The position numbers and the translations under genes were made by a program. Shown here piece by piece: positions 26,601-36,671 of a stretch of 64,000 nt of DNA (positions are counted from its first letter, which is position 1; each line of letters opens with the position of its first letter). The DNA lies in assembly GCA_030704615.1 (NCBI GenBank), contig CM060734.1, positions 57,784,001 to 57,848,000 of the forward strand, given 5' to 3'. The notes under the pieces were generated by a model. It made no database searches. It saw only the letters and a program-made list of their open reading frames with translations, and had not been told where the DNA came from. The DNA comes from Takakia lepidozioides. Taxonomy: Eukaryota > Plantae > Bryophyta.

Positions 26601-27179
26601 ATGTTTGCAAATGTTGTGACTCAACAGATTGGGGGCAATCATATGACTTCTATTACAAATTGAATTATAGTGCACTTGAAACACAATGTCTGCATGTTTA
26701 TTTCGCTTTGACTGTAGAGAGATTGTCTTTTTTTGTGCTATCAGAATGTACTAGCTCATGGAGCTTGGTAATTGCAATGGTCTAAGGCTGTAAGTTAGTG
26801 AGTGATGCTCACTTGAAAATATTGGTATGAGATGATTTGCTTCTGAGAATTTCAAGGAGCAAAATTTGCTTCCAAGTGAATAGGTTGGTTGAAGTGTTGA
26901 AGTGCACACTTCAGCTTTTTTTTTAAATAAATAAAAATAAATAAACTAAAAAAACTGATACCAGTATTGATCACCAATACTTGCTGGTATCACTTTGATA
27001 TTGCTCATATTTATACCAGTAGTGCACAATTCCAATCTCAACAATTATTCATACCATACTGGTAGTGGAAATGTCAATATATGGCTGGTACTAGAGTTCA
27101 GCTGGTATCAAACATCTTTAAAATCCTCTATACCAGGACCAGATTGGTATGTGTTGCATGCAATACCAGACCAACACTG
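23699..27179 (+). mobile_element. hAT DNA transposon, full length (3481 bp)
   Basis: Perfect 17-bp TIR cagtgttggtctggtat/ataccagaccaacactg and perfect 8-bp TSD gttgtgac (23691-23698, 27180-27187). Subterminal tggtat/atacca motifs repeat at both ends, and there is an internal transposase. Confidence 0.97.
24226..26532 (+). pseudogene. hAT transposase pseudogene
   Basis: BED-like CVLC..KKHV..KH, TFDLW (catalytic D), VKDEG (D), CFGH, KTRF, and C-terminal PLLWWKDHESRFPNVGFLARQFLGIPGSQIETERIFS (E; dimerisation domain). Lesions: in-frame TAG at 25650-25652, a frameshift near 26020-26040, and further breaks in the 5' part. Confidence 0.93.
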
Positions 27180-27434
27180 GTTGTGACCTGATATTGGGAT
27201 AACCACTTAATGACGAATTATTATATATAATATCAAGTTTTAGTCATGATTACGTAGAATTACCGCGATGTATGTTGTGGCGATGCTTAGGTGCACGACA
27301 ATAATTATATCTTCTACAAGGTGTACTTACTCATACGGTAGCATTATTTTGTTTTTGCCCTTTATTCATAATTTTAAACTTTGCGGTGAGTCCCACTTAA
27401 TTGGGCAATTCATTAACACAATCTCGTAGTACAA

Positions 27435-27590
27435 CACAGTACTGAAATCAATAAAATGGTCAAACATCGGCGGAGTTAGAAAAAACAAGATTGCATTTGC
27501 ATCCACATTTGAATTTGCTCTTGTGAGCCACCCACATTGATGTTTGCTGTAGCAATTTTACCCTATATTACTCTTGATATCACGCTTCCT
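27435..27590 (+). repeat. Dispersed duplicate of the sequence 3' of NUP93 (about 49140-49292)
   Basis: acagtactgaaatcaataaaatggt..aacaagattgcatttgcatcc..gatgtttgctg.agcaattt..ccctatatta.tcttgatatca.gctt is present at both loci in the same orientation. Confidence 0.88.
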
Positions 27591-27593
27591 TTT

Positions 27594-28085
27594 CTAATTG
27601 GGTGAGGCATCAGATCGACTCGGGTAGCTTGTGTAGCTTACCACATCTTCTCAAGTAGAGCATTTGCATCCTCTCAAGTTGCCCCATCTGCACAAGCATG
27701 AGTTCAGTAAGCCGCTGACAATCATCTAGGTGGAGCTTTCTTAATTGGGCTGTGAGGTGGCAGATTGACTTGAGAGCAGTTTGCTTAGCTTACCACACCT
27801 TCTCAAGTAGAGCACTTTCAAGTTCTCAAATTCCCCCATCCACTCTGGCAGCTCCGTAAGCTCGTGACAACCATTTAGATGGAGTTTTTCTAATTAAGTG
27901 AGGCTGCGGATTGACTTGGGCAGTTTGGCTACCTAGCTCACCACATTCGCTCAAGTCGAGCACTTCTAGTCTCTGAAGTTCCTCCATCCGCTCTGGGAGC
28001 TCCATAAACCCATGACAATTGTTTAGGTGGAGCTCTTCTAATTATGTGAGGCCGCAGATCGACTCAAGGAGCTTGCCTAGCTTAC
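27594..28085. repeat. Tandem repeat, unit about 148 bp, about 3.3 copies
   Basis: ctaatt..gtgagg..cagatYgact..tagcttaccaca..tctcaagtagagca..ccatc..tgacaa..tagRtggag recurs at about 27594, 27740, 27889 and 28037 (partial). Confidence 0.9.
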
Positions 28086-30089
28086 GGGAATTTAAGTTGT
28101 TTTCAATAATTTTAATAAAGCTCCGAAGATTATGTTTACTACAATTTGGAAGATTCATGTAGAGGCAATCTAGGGTGCAATTTGTGATAAGGAATGAATG
28201 AAGTTTGTTGATTGTTTAGTGGTAGTCAATTGCATGCTTGTTGATGTCAGGATTTCATATAATGTTTTCTTGCGGATGTGTGGTTTGTGTGTGGCGGCCC
28301 TTTTAGTTCATGCAATCATATACCTTCTACCTCAGGGCAGGGGAGCTAAGTTCATACTAATGGCTTTATACGATGAAGAACATGACCCTTGTGTGTACGT
28401 ATCCATATTTCTTACAGGGCCCCAAATCGGGGCTGTAGTAGCAACTTTGCACGAAAGATCTACACATCCAATATATGTTGATGAGATCTTTAAATCTATA
28501 ATCATTTGTATCTTCGCAAACCATGTTGTTTATAGTATGAAGATAACAAGCTCTTTTGCCTACATGCTAGTATTCTTATTCAAATTTTCAAAGACTTATT
28601 GTAGAAGACTGTAACTATCTACAAAATTACTAGGATGATTTTGTTTGCACTACTGCTCTAAAGAAGAATGAATTAGATTCCCCTTGAATTAAAAAAAGAT
28701 TCATTTGAAAGAGTTCTTGCACCTAATATTATAGTCCAATTTAATTAGAGCTCTTTGTCTCATGTTTGGACAACATCATTTTAAAGTTCTTACATCAATG
28801 GTGATCTAGACATAAATTTTCGGAAAAAAAAAAATAGTTGTGACTACAACATAGATTTCAGTATATACATGAGGAAGATAACATCAATGTCATCATTCTG
28901 CTTTACATCGTAAAGACCTTGCATATGATGAATCTATTTGTTCGTAAGAGTTGGAGTTTTTACATTTAATGTTTTTCATGTTGACATTTTTGTTTCAACT
29001 TTGTCTATAAAGTATTTTGTTTTGCAAACTTGTACGTATTTTATCAAATCAAAGAATATGACAGACAACATGGATATTAGGTTGTCATGGAGACGGAGTT
29101 GTCAAAAGAAGGTTCAACTCATGTGATTATAGCGCGTGAGTAGATGTATATTATTTGTTTGAGTTGGAGAGTTCGGAAAGAATATCCTAAGTCTCTTGGG
29201 GGATGTACTCATTTGTCTTGTCCAACAAGATGCTATTTATTGAAGACCTACAATAAGAGAGAGAGAGAGAGACCTACAATAATATATTAGAGACTGACAT
29301 TCAGCGTAGAAGATACGTAGGAGATGTCAAATACATATATACTTCGTTTGAATTTGAGAATGAAAAGCAATATGTTGCGAGTTTACTGCAATATGATTTT
29401 GACCTACATTTTTAGGTAAATTTATAACAACTTTACAGCCTTGTGCACTTTCTAAGTTGTTGTTATGTAGTTAATACTCTATTATTTTTGTTTTCTCATG
29501 TATTGCTACCCAATGGTTCAAGGGTTGGGTAACTAGCCAGTTCCCTGGCGGTTCCAGCTCGGGCCGGTCCACCAAAATTTGTTAGATCAAGACCCTGCAG
29601 ATTACCCCGTTGGGTATGTGTAGCCCAACACTGTCACTGTATTTTCCATCTCTCTCTCTGCCCGTCGAGTTTGTCTCTTTATCAACCTTGACTATGTAGG
29701 AACAGTCGAGATATCGTCAATTGTCTAATGCGATTTCCTTGAATACCCGGATGCAGAACTGGTTGGCACATGTGATGATGCAAAAATGACTCTATTTGAC
29801 TTGGGAACGATATGCGGGATTGGACAACGAGCATCTGAGGCACGCGAGATGTCACGAGATGGAAGACCTCAAATCAATCTCTGGTAAGGGCTGGGTATGG
29901 TATATTTGGTAAAATCAGCATCTACCATGAGGTGGCTTAGTAGCAGTGACTTGCAGACCTTATTTCTACTCTACACTGAAACTTGGTCTCCGACTTCCCA
30001 GTCATCATCAGACGGCGTATTTCTATCATTCATCTACGTCCTCGGACGTTGCTTCTAACTACTAAAAACAAAAGATATACAAGTATATT

Positions 30090-30268
30090 GACAACCAAGT
30101 TATAGCCCAGTGGTAATGGGCACAGACCACCTTGGAAGTGGTTGTGGGTTCAATCCACCCTTGGTGTCACAAAGGTGTCCACCTTCCTAGCCTAAGGGAG
30201 TAACCCTTTGGGGTGAAGAGACACCATAATTTACGCTTCCTTCGGAGGCGTCAAATATTATTATATAT
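30090..30268 (+). mobile_element. tRNA-derived SINE (179 bp)
   Basis: A-box tagcccagtgg (30103-30113), B-box ggttcaatcc (30147-30156), 3' hairpin acgcttcc-ttc-ggaggcgt, and an AT-rich tail. Perfect 12-bp TSD tacaagtatatt at 30078-30089 and 30269-30280. Confidence 0.88.
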
Positions 30269-30833
30269 TACAAGTATATTTCCAAGAGTCGAATATGGAT
30301 ACCAAGGGCCAAACAACCCGTTGTTTAGGTGACTGTGGGAGGTTCCTGTGCGGCGGTTATATGGATGGTGGCTCTCTCTCCTTTGTCTCTCTCATCTTCG
30401 AGAATGGAAGAAGCTGGCGTTATGCCAAGAGTTTTTGTACCTTGCTAGTTGGGTTATGAGCATTAGCATATCCGCCTCGGTGCTGAATCCATGCCATGAT
30501 GAGACAAATGTTGGGTTTGCAGTGTGGCGAGCATGGGAATTGAGTGCATTACGTGGGTATTGAGATCTATGACGTTTGTTGCATGTGGGTGGGCTTGATT
30601 CTTAGATGCATCTGATTTCCACGGGATGGTATTTGCTGATGGAGCAATGATAGAGGATAGTTCTGTCTGAGGATGGAAACTCTTCAGTGCACATTTCCTG
30701 GGATTTCTTGCTACGGTGGTTGTCAAGGTCAAATTAGGAATAATGATGCAGCATTGAACTTGTATAGTTCGGTAGTCGGCAACCGAACCCGGGTGGAGCA
30801 GAGTATTCTAATAGTCTTGGACAGGGGGGCATC

Positions 30834-31988
30834 ATGAGTGAGGATATAGACAAACATGTTCTCCGCAAGTATCATGTGGGTCAAAAACTCGGCAAAGGGG
30901 CGTATGGAATTGTGTGGAAGGCGGTTGAGAGGCGGTCTAATGACGTCGTGGCTCTCAAGAAGATCTTTGATGCCTTCCAAAATTCCACTGATGCGCAAAG
31001 AACATTTCGGGAGGTGATGTTTTTGCAAGAGATGAATGATCACGATAACATTATCAAACTGCTCAACGTATTGAAGGCAGAGAATGATCGTGATCTCTAT
31101 CTCGTGTTTGAGTACATGGAGACGGATCTGCATGCGGTGATAAGGGCCAACATTCTTGAGGAAGTCCATAAGCAGTTCATAATGTATCAACTTTTCAAGG
31201 CTTTGAAGTACATGCACTCGGCCGAATTGCTCCATCGGGACATCAAGCCCAGCAACTTGCTGTTGGACTCGGAGTGCCAAGTGAAGCTTGCAGATTTTGG
31301 CCTTGCTCGATCAGTTGCACAGTTGAAGGATGACCATGGCACCAGCCCCACCATCCTTACTGATTATGTTGCCACGCGTTGGTATAGGGCACCTGAAATC
31401 CTGCTTGGATCAACGCAATATACATTTGGTGTGGATATGTGGTCGAGCGGTTGCATATTGGGAGAACTCTTGAATGGCAAGCCAGTCTTTCCTGGGACTT
31501 CGACAATGAATCAAATCGAGAAAATTCTGGAAGTGATTGGAAGGCCTGCACTGGATGACATAGTTGCCCTAGAGTCCCCATTTGCAGCAACAATGCTTGA
31601 GAGCATGCCAACCAGCACCAGGCCCTTTCTACAGGTGTTCCCAAGAGCGTCATCTGAGGCAGAGGACCTACTTCGTAAACTACTGCATTTTAATCCCCAT
31701 AAACGGATAACAGCTGAGGAAGCATTGCGGCATCCATACTTGGCCCAGTTCCACAGCCCCATGGACGAGCCCAGCTGCAATAGAATTGTCCGCATTCCCA
31801 TTGATGACAACACTAAGTTTGCAATAAGTGAATACCGTGAGAGACTATACGCAGAGATTGTGCATCGCAAGAAGGAGATTCGTAGAAAACAGAGAGAGAA
31901 GGAGCGCATGGACCGTGAGTTGTGCCGCAACCAACGCCGGCCCAAATTTCGCTCAACTACAAGTGCAAGTGAGAATAGAGACTACTAA
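30834..31988 (+). CDS. MAPK15: MAP kinase, MAPK15/ERK7/ERK8-like (TDY activation loop), intronless, 384 aa
   Basis: IDKHVLRKY..LGKGAYGIVWKA..VALKKIFDAFQNSTDAQRTFRE, HRDIKPSNLLL, DFGLARS, LTDYVATRWYRAPEILLGS and EYRERLY are signatures of the ERK7/8 subfamily. Confidence 0.93.
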   Translation: MSEDIDKHVLRKYHVGQKLGKGAYGIVWKAVERRSNDVVALKKIFDAFQNSTDAQRTFREVMFLQEMNDHDNIIKLLNVLKAENDRDLYLVFEYMETDLHAVIRANILEEVHKQFIMYQLFKALKYMHSAELLHRDIKPSNLLLDSECQVKLADFGLARSVAQLKDDHGTSPTILTDYVATRWYRAPEILLGSTQYTFGVDMWSSGCILGELLNGKPVFPGTSTMNQIEKILEVIGRPALDDIVALESPFAATMLESMPTSTRPFLQVFPRASSEAEDLLRKLLHFNPHKRITAEEALRHPYLAQFHSPMDEPSCNRIVRIPIDDNTKFAISEYRERLYAEIVHRKKEIRRKQREKERMDRELCRNQRRPKFRSTTSASENRDY

Positions 31989-32302
31989 ATAGATGGAGAT
32001 GCCTCAGGGTGATTGTATCCTGGCAATATTTGAAGATGACATGGAGATCTCATGCATCTTTCTAAAGGTTTAACTGAAAGGCTAGTTAGGCCCTTCCCAT
32101 GTTTGTCACCATTAGTCGGTAGGGACTATAGATATTTCATTATCCCCTATACATACAAGTCTAGGAAGATCTTTAGAAGAACAACATGGGGATGACGCTT
32201 TGCTTACAATTGCGATTTCAAGATACAAAGGACAAAATGAGCTTTCTATAGTGTCCACAAAAAGCCCAACGATAGTAAGATGTAACTAAAGAAAAATAGA
32301 TA

Positions 32303-32339
32303 GCATTAGATGTTGCTTGCTGTAGCCTTCTGGCCATAT
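32303..32339 (-). mobile_element. Degenerate 3'-end copy of the RTE-X-like LINE
   Basis: Reverse complement atggccagaaggctacagcaagcaacatctaatg resembles atggccacaaggctacggcaaacaacgtcttatg. Confidence 0.55.
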
Positions 32340-33109
32340 TTTATGTGCTTAGAACACAAGCAGAACCATGGTCCAAGGAAACAGAAAGAGAGCCACTACA
32401 GTTGCAGAAGGCTAGCTTGAGTCATGGAAATCACCTTTGGAAATGAAGTTTGGTCTGGTCTTTCAGATTGTAGTAGAAAACTCTCAACTCTCGGCATCAA
32501 TTTGATGCCTATATTCAGTATGGAATTCACACCTACAAGCCCACATCTTTCGGGTATGTGTGTATCAGAGAGATTTGAGACTTCTCCGTAGAATGCCAGT
32601 AGTTCTGAGGGACAACCCAGAGCACGGTTTGATAGAGCACAAATGAGGGAGAGGGGAATAGGTGACCAAGGGTGCTCTGTAGCATTGGGATCTATGTGAG
32701 TTAATCTCTCAGGTTTATCCCATCCCTGGCTCTGCTAACAAACGCCACGCAACTGTGGCGCAAAAACAAATAAATCTGGGCAAGTGTCCGAAATATTTTG
32801 CTCGTTTTGTTCTCTTTTCTTCCCCGTGAATGGCTATGGCGGACTGATGAGCTCCCCGAGCTCATCAAAGTGAGACTTGCAGAGGAGAGGGAGATGCTAG
32901 AATGAATTCAAGCTTAGTCTTATAGGGGTAGGACTATACATGGTGGCTAGACTCAATTTGGTGTAATCTATTGGTACCATGGGAATTTAGAACCTATGGC
33001 TTTGACATACCACAATTTGTACCAGAGACTAGGGAGTGTTCTACCTGCAGCATATCCATCTTTCCTACTTTGGAGGAACTATATAAGTTTTGCACCTCGG
33101 CACGATTGG

Positions 33110-33873
33110 GTTTCATTAACGATGGTGGGGTAATGTCCCATCGCTACTAGAGATTAGATGGATGAGCCAAAGTACCCACATGATTTTTGTCTTTTTTTAA
33201 CAACTTTGAATCCATAGTTTTGAAATTAGTGTCAAGGAAGGGAAATGCATCAGGATTTGCTGCTTGGGCTGCCCATTGCCCCTGCATTACCTTGTCATTT
33301 GTGGAGGTGAAGTCCAGAAGACCTCCTATTGGGTGGATGTCTTCATTGGTGTAATTTTCCTTCGCTGGTTCCAAATTATCAAAATGCCAAATGTTTTGGA
33401 CAAGGCACTATGTAATGGCACTTACTAATTACCAAAGAAATAAGAAAACAAAAATCAACTCATGGGCGTACTTGGGAAAGAAGCCACACCATGATAATTT
33501 ACCCCCCAGATTTTACATACAAAGCAGCCTATCTCGTTTTCGGAATTTCGGTCTACTTTTTGAAGGAAAGAGTCCCCTAGGTGCCATATAATCAGATTAT
33601 GGAGGGCATATGCCTCATAAATTCATGACTTTAGTGGTCAAACCATTTTTTCCATGCAATCTTAAAATACATTTACAAATTGGGGCAAATTATTTTGATA
33701 TAAACTCCCAAATGCAATGGTCAAATTGTCTACGTTTTTCATTGCATATGGATGTAGTACTATGCACATAAGTATAAGGTTCATCCACATGGATGATTGG
33801 GGGTAAAATGTTACACCCTTATCCACGAGGGTATGCATTATTTTTAAAATGGTTCTCCTCGTTTAAATGTTAA
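33110..33873. mobile_element. Second, diverged copy of the piggyBac-like element
   Basis: Colinear similarity to 22010-22813 (tggacaaggcac, ctcatgggYgtacttgggaaagaagcca, catacaaagcagcc, ttcatcca..tggatg..gggggtaa). The right end terminates at TTAA (33870-33873). The left end is degraded. Confidence 0.7.
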
Positions 33874-34069
33874 TCCCTCCATGCCATAACTGTACCACAG
33901 TCAGTAGCTCAGTTGGATACTGCACTTAGTGTCACTCAGATGATTCAGGGGTCGAATGCTGTTACACTGTCCAGGTGGTATGATTTGCCGTTCAGCCACA
34001 AAATCAAAAGCAGAGTGAACAACATCCATCCACGATTCATTCATTCAATAGGGTTACATCCAGGTTACC

Positions 34070-35392
34070 CTATATATCAGGAACGCTATCCAGCTTGTCT
34101 TCGATCACTTGGACGCACTGTCCCACAGACTGGCCAGCTTCCATGGCCGCTGCGAGCTTGGCTTGCACTCCCGTGTGCCTTCTCAAGAGTGTGACAGTGT
34201 TCAGAGCTGCCCAGCGCACCTGAGCATCTGCTTTCTTTTGGGTGAAGCCAAGGCCCTTCATCAGACTATCAAGCTGCTGAATGTCTGCCAGGCCTCCCTC
34301 CGCAACACCGTAGAGAAGGTACTCGGTTGCAATCCCAGCTAGTGCCACACAGGAGAATCTGTTCAAGGTTTGGGACGATAGCTTCCCAGACTTGATCTCT
34401 TCCTGGAAATTGTAGTCCACGAATGTGGTGCCTGCTTGCACATTGAGAGATCCTAGAGTGCGGAGGGCGTCCAGGCTCGACAAGGTGTAGCTTTTGGGTA
34501 AGATTCCCATCAAGTATGACACCAGAAAGTGGCCTGCTTCATGCTGAGCCACTCGGTCTCTGTATTTTGGACTGACTAGCCGGCCGATGGAATCGAGCAG
34601 CAATGCCTCCACTCCTCCACCGTTTGCAATTTGGTCCCAAGTTGCAAGAAAGAGAAACGCCACAAAAGAATATAAGAGCTGGAATTGGTCGAGTTCTAGT
34701 GATTGCCAGGCCGCTATCCCTCCGGCTATGGCTGCCAGCTGCAAGTTCCTCTTCACACCATTGAGCGTCGCATCTGTTGGGGACAGAAACTGAGATGCTT
34801 CGATCTTGTTCAACCTCAGGTCCTGCAGCGAGTAGATCCTTTGTGGCACAAGGGAGGCACCACCAAATCCACGGAGAGTTGCAGCCATAGCTACTGCGTG
34901 TTCATCGAGACCCCGTTGCAACGCTTTATCGAGCAACGTCACCACCTGCTTCCTGCTTAATTCCCCCTTCTTGGCAGCAGCCAGCTCCTCCTCCAACAGT
35001 TCTCCTCTGTTGCTCCCATCGTTACTCTTCAAATCTCTACTTGTTTCCAGGCTACAAATTATCGGATGCTGCAGGTAACCACGGCAGGGGAATGAGAGGT
35101 GTTTTGTTCTCAAAAAACCGTTTCTACAAGACAGTCCCGAGCTTAAAATTCCCGATTGAAAGATGCTAGGATACGAACAGCAAACGGCTGCATTTGAGAA
35201 TGCAGAGACCACAATAGGGAAGTGGGAGAGTGAAGAATTGCAAGGCAAGCTGACATGGGCCACAGCTCCCGCCATAGCCGCAACTGTTCTCAGTGTGGAT
35301 CTCTCCATTTCGCTTCTATTCCTTGGGTGTTTGAATGAATGCCCTGGACACTGAAATGGATGAACGATGAAAGACAACAAAACCCTTGACAT
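34070..35392 (-). CDS. Plastid-targeted peptidase M41-like protein (VIR3 / 'stress regulated protein' family), intronless
   Basis: Ser-rich transit-peptide-like N-terminus, VPQRIYSLQDLRLNKIE..LSPTDATL, two hydrophobic segments, and RVAQHEAGHFLVSYLMG (HEXXH). The later ATEYLLYGVAEGGLADI segment holds the third-ligand region. There is no AAA domain. The true start may be a downstream Met. Confidence 0.88.
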   Translation of the reverse strand: MSRVLLSFIVHPFQCPGHSFKHPRNRSEMERSTLRTVAAMAGAVAHVSLPCNSSLSHFPIVVSAFSNAAVCCSYPSIFQSGILSSGLSCRNGFLRTKHLSFPCRGYLQHPIICSLETSRDLKSNDGSNRGELLEEELAAAKKGELSRKQVVTLLDKALQRGLDEHAVAMAATLRGFGGASLVPQRIYSLQDLRLNKIEASQFLSPTDATLNGVKRNLQLAAIAGGIAAWQSLELDQFQLLYSFVAFLFLATWDQIANGGGVEALLLDSIGRLVSPKYRDRVAQHEAGHFLVSYLMGILPKSYTLSSLDALRTLGSLNVQAGTTFVDYNFQEEIKSGKLSSQTLNRFSCVALAGIATEYLLYGVAEGGLADIQQLDSLMKGLGFTQKKADAQVRWAALNTVTLLRRHTGVQAKLAAAMEAGQSVGQCVQVIEDKLDSVPDI

Positions 35393-36671
35393 GGGGTCTC
35401 ACAAACCTTAGAAGGTCTCCTGATCTTGAATGCATAAACTCTTTATGATCCAGATCAGCAAGAGAGTTGGAAGTCTTAGAAAGGAAAAAAGGCCTTTGGG
35501 TCCACTTGTTTGCTGCTCAACACAAAGAAGAGTATTGCCCCCCTAAGGGTTCAAGCACTCGCATTTGTAGAAAGTGCACAGATTAGAACATCACCTTCTT
35601 CTAGGAAGTGACAGCAGTGATAGAAAGTTGGTTGGTGAATGCAAGGGTTCTGAACAGAGATTGACAATTTGCACTGACAACCAAATTCCTGCTTTTTGAA
35701 GCTTCCAACACACGCCAACATCAAACATACCCAGCTATGCTCATCAATAATGGTGGAAACTCTGTCATTTCGGATGGTCAACTAGAACAGTGTCCACATA
35801 TTATTGTCATAGCACTCTCGTACCCTTTGCTTGCAAAAGCACAGCGGATGTGGAGAATCTTAAAAACCTCTTGCAACATAAAGACTCCTTCACATTCCAT
35901 GTTACCAACTGTGATATATCAGCCCCAAAAATGCAGGCCGAGTAACAGAGAAAGCGAGTATCTTAGCCTCTGCAAAAAATCACCCAAGATGGACATTTGA
36001 ATGAACATTCCTCTGTCAGAATGAGCACCGAACAGCACTGGTGGCAAACCTATCCAATGTCTGACTAATTTCAAGCATGAAATCTACGAGACAGGGTTAC
36101 CAGTCATTATGGCCCTGACAACATCAGATTCATGAAACAAGCGAATATTCAAATTTGTAATGCTACAGTCGTATGTACAACATATATGTAATATAGAATA
36201 GTGCTTTGTAGACAGGGTCAGATGCACTTGCATTACCACTGCTTTGGAGCAAAAATACAGCATGAATGAGAGACCTTGATCCAAACATGTGTTTGGGCTG
36301 TCTCTGAAATTTAAGATGATGTGACTAGTATGATACTGGAATCCAGAGATGTTCATCAGACCTCCTAGTTATCAACCCTAATGTTCAAAGAATTTGATCC
36401 ACAGTCAATGAAGTTTGCTGAGGAATCACCTGGTGAGCCTGCCCACTCTCCAAGAATTATGAGAAGCGAAAATATAGATACAGTATAGTACACATAAACG
36501 ACTACGATAACAAGGGCTGTAACATCTTCACCCCCCACGATGGAATGCAAACAAAGGATCCAACACATTGTCATTGCCACCATGGATTTATTGACTGCAG
36601 TTTTTGTCATATCCCCAACCTCATGCAACTTTTCTCATGGCTGATCTCTTCACAGACTCCCTTCCGTCCTG

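Larger units (their letters stand above)
21975..27425. mobile_element. Foldback / long-TIR non-autonomous element (arms about 350 bp, unique centre about 230 bp), interrupted by nested insertions
   Basis: Left arm 21975-22005 + 22818-22872 + 23095-23358 is the reverse complement of right arm 23587-23698 + 27188-27425. Examples: gagattgtg/cacaatctc, gtgggactcaccg/cggtgagtcccac, ggttcgtttttcccactttcttcatgcattttcggacccc/ggggtccgaaaatgcatgaagaaagtgggaaaaacgaacc. Confidence 0.85.

Noticed and set aside
28100-29500. AT-rich region with a minus-strand YSPDLGP peptide resembling Tc1/mariner YSPDL.P
   Set aside because: No other DDE motifs or TIRs were found. It is probably a decayed TE but cannot be classified.
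29519-29633. Small hAT-type MITE (ends cccaacactg)
   Set aside because: The left terminus is imperfect and there is no 8-bp TSD.
30729-31945. Long antisense ORFs over the kinase (and similarly over EF1A, PP2-A10-like and TDT)
   Set aside because: They are shadow frames of real coding sequence with no independent motifs.
32844-32870. Hammerhead ribozyme (ctgatga core)
   Set aside because: It is a simple 10-bp hairpin, tgatgagctc-ccc-gagctcatca. The required GAAA and stems I/III are absent.
32400-33100. Possible L1 ORF1 remnant
   Set aside because: No diagnostic motif could be read in any frame.
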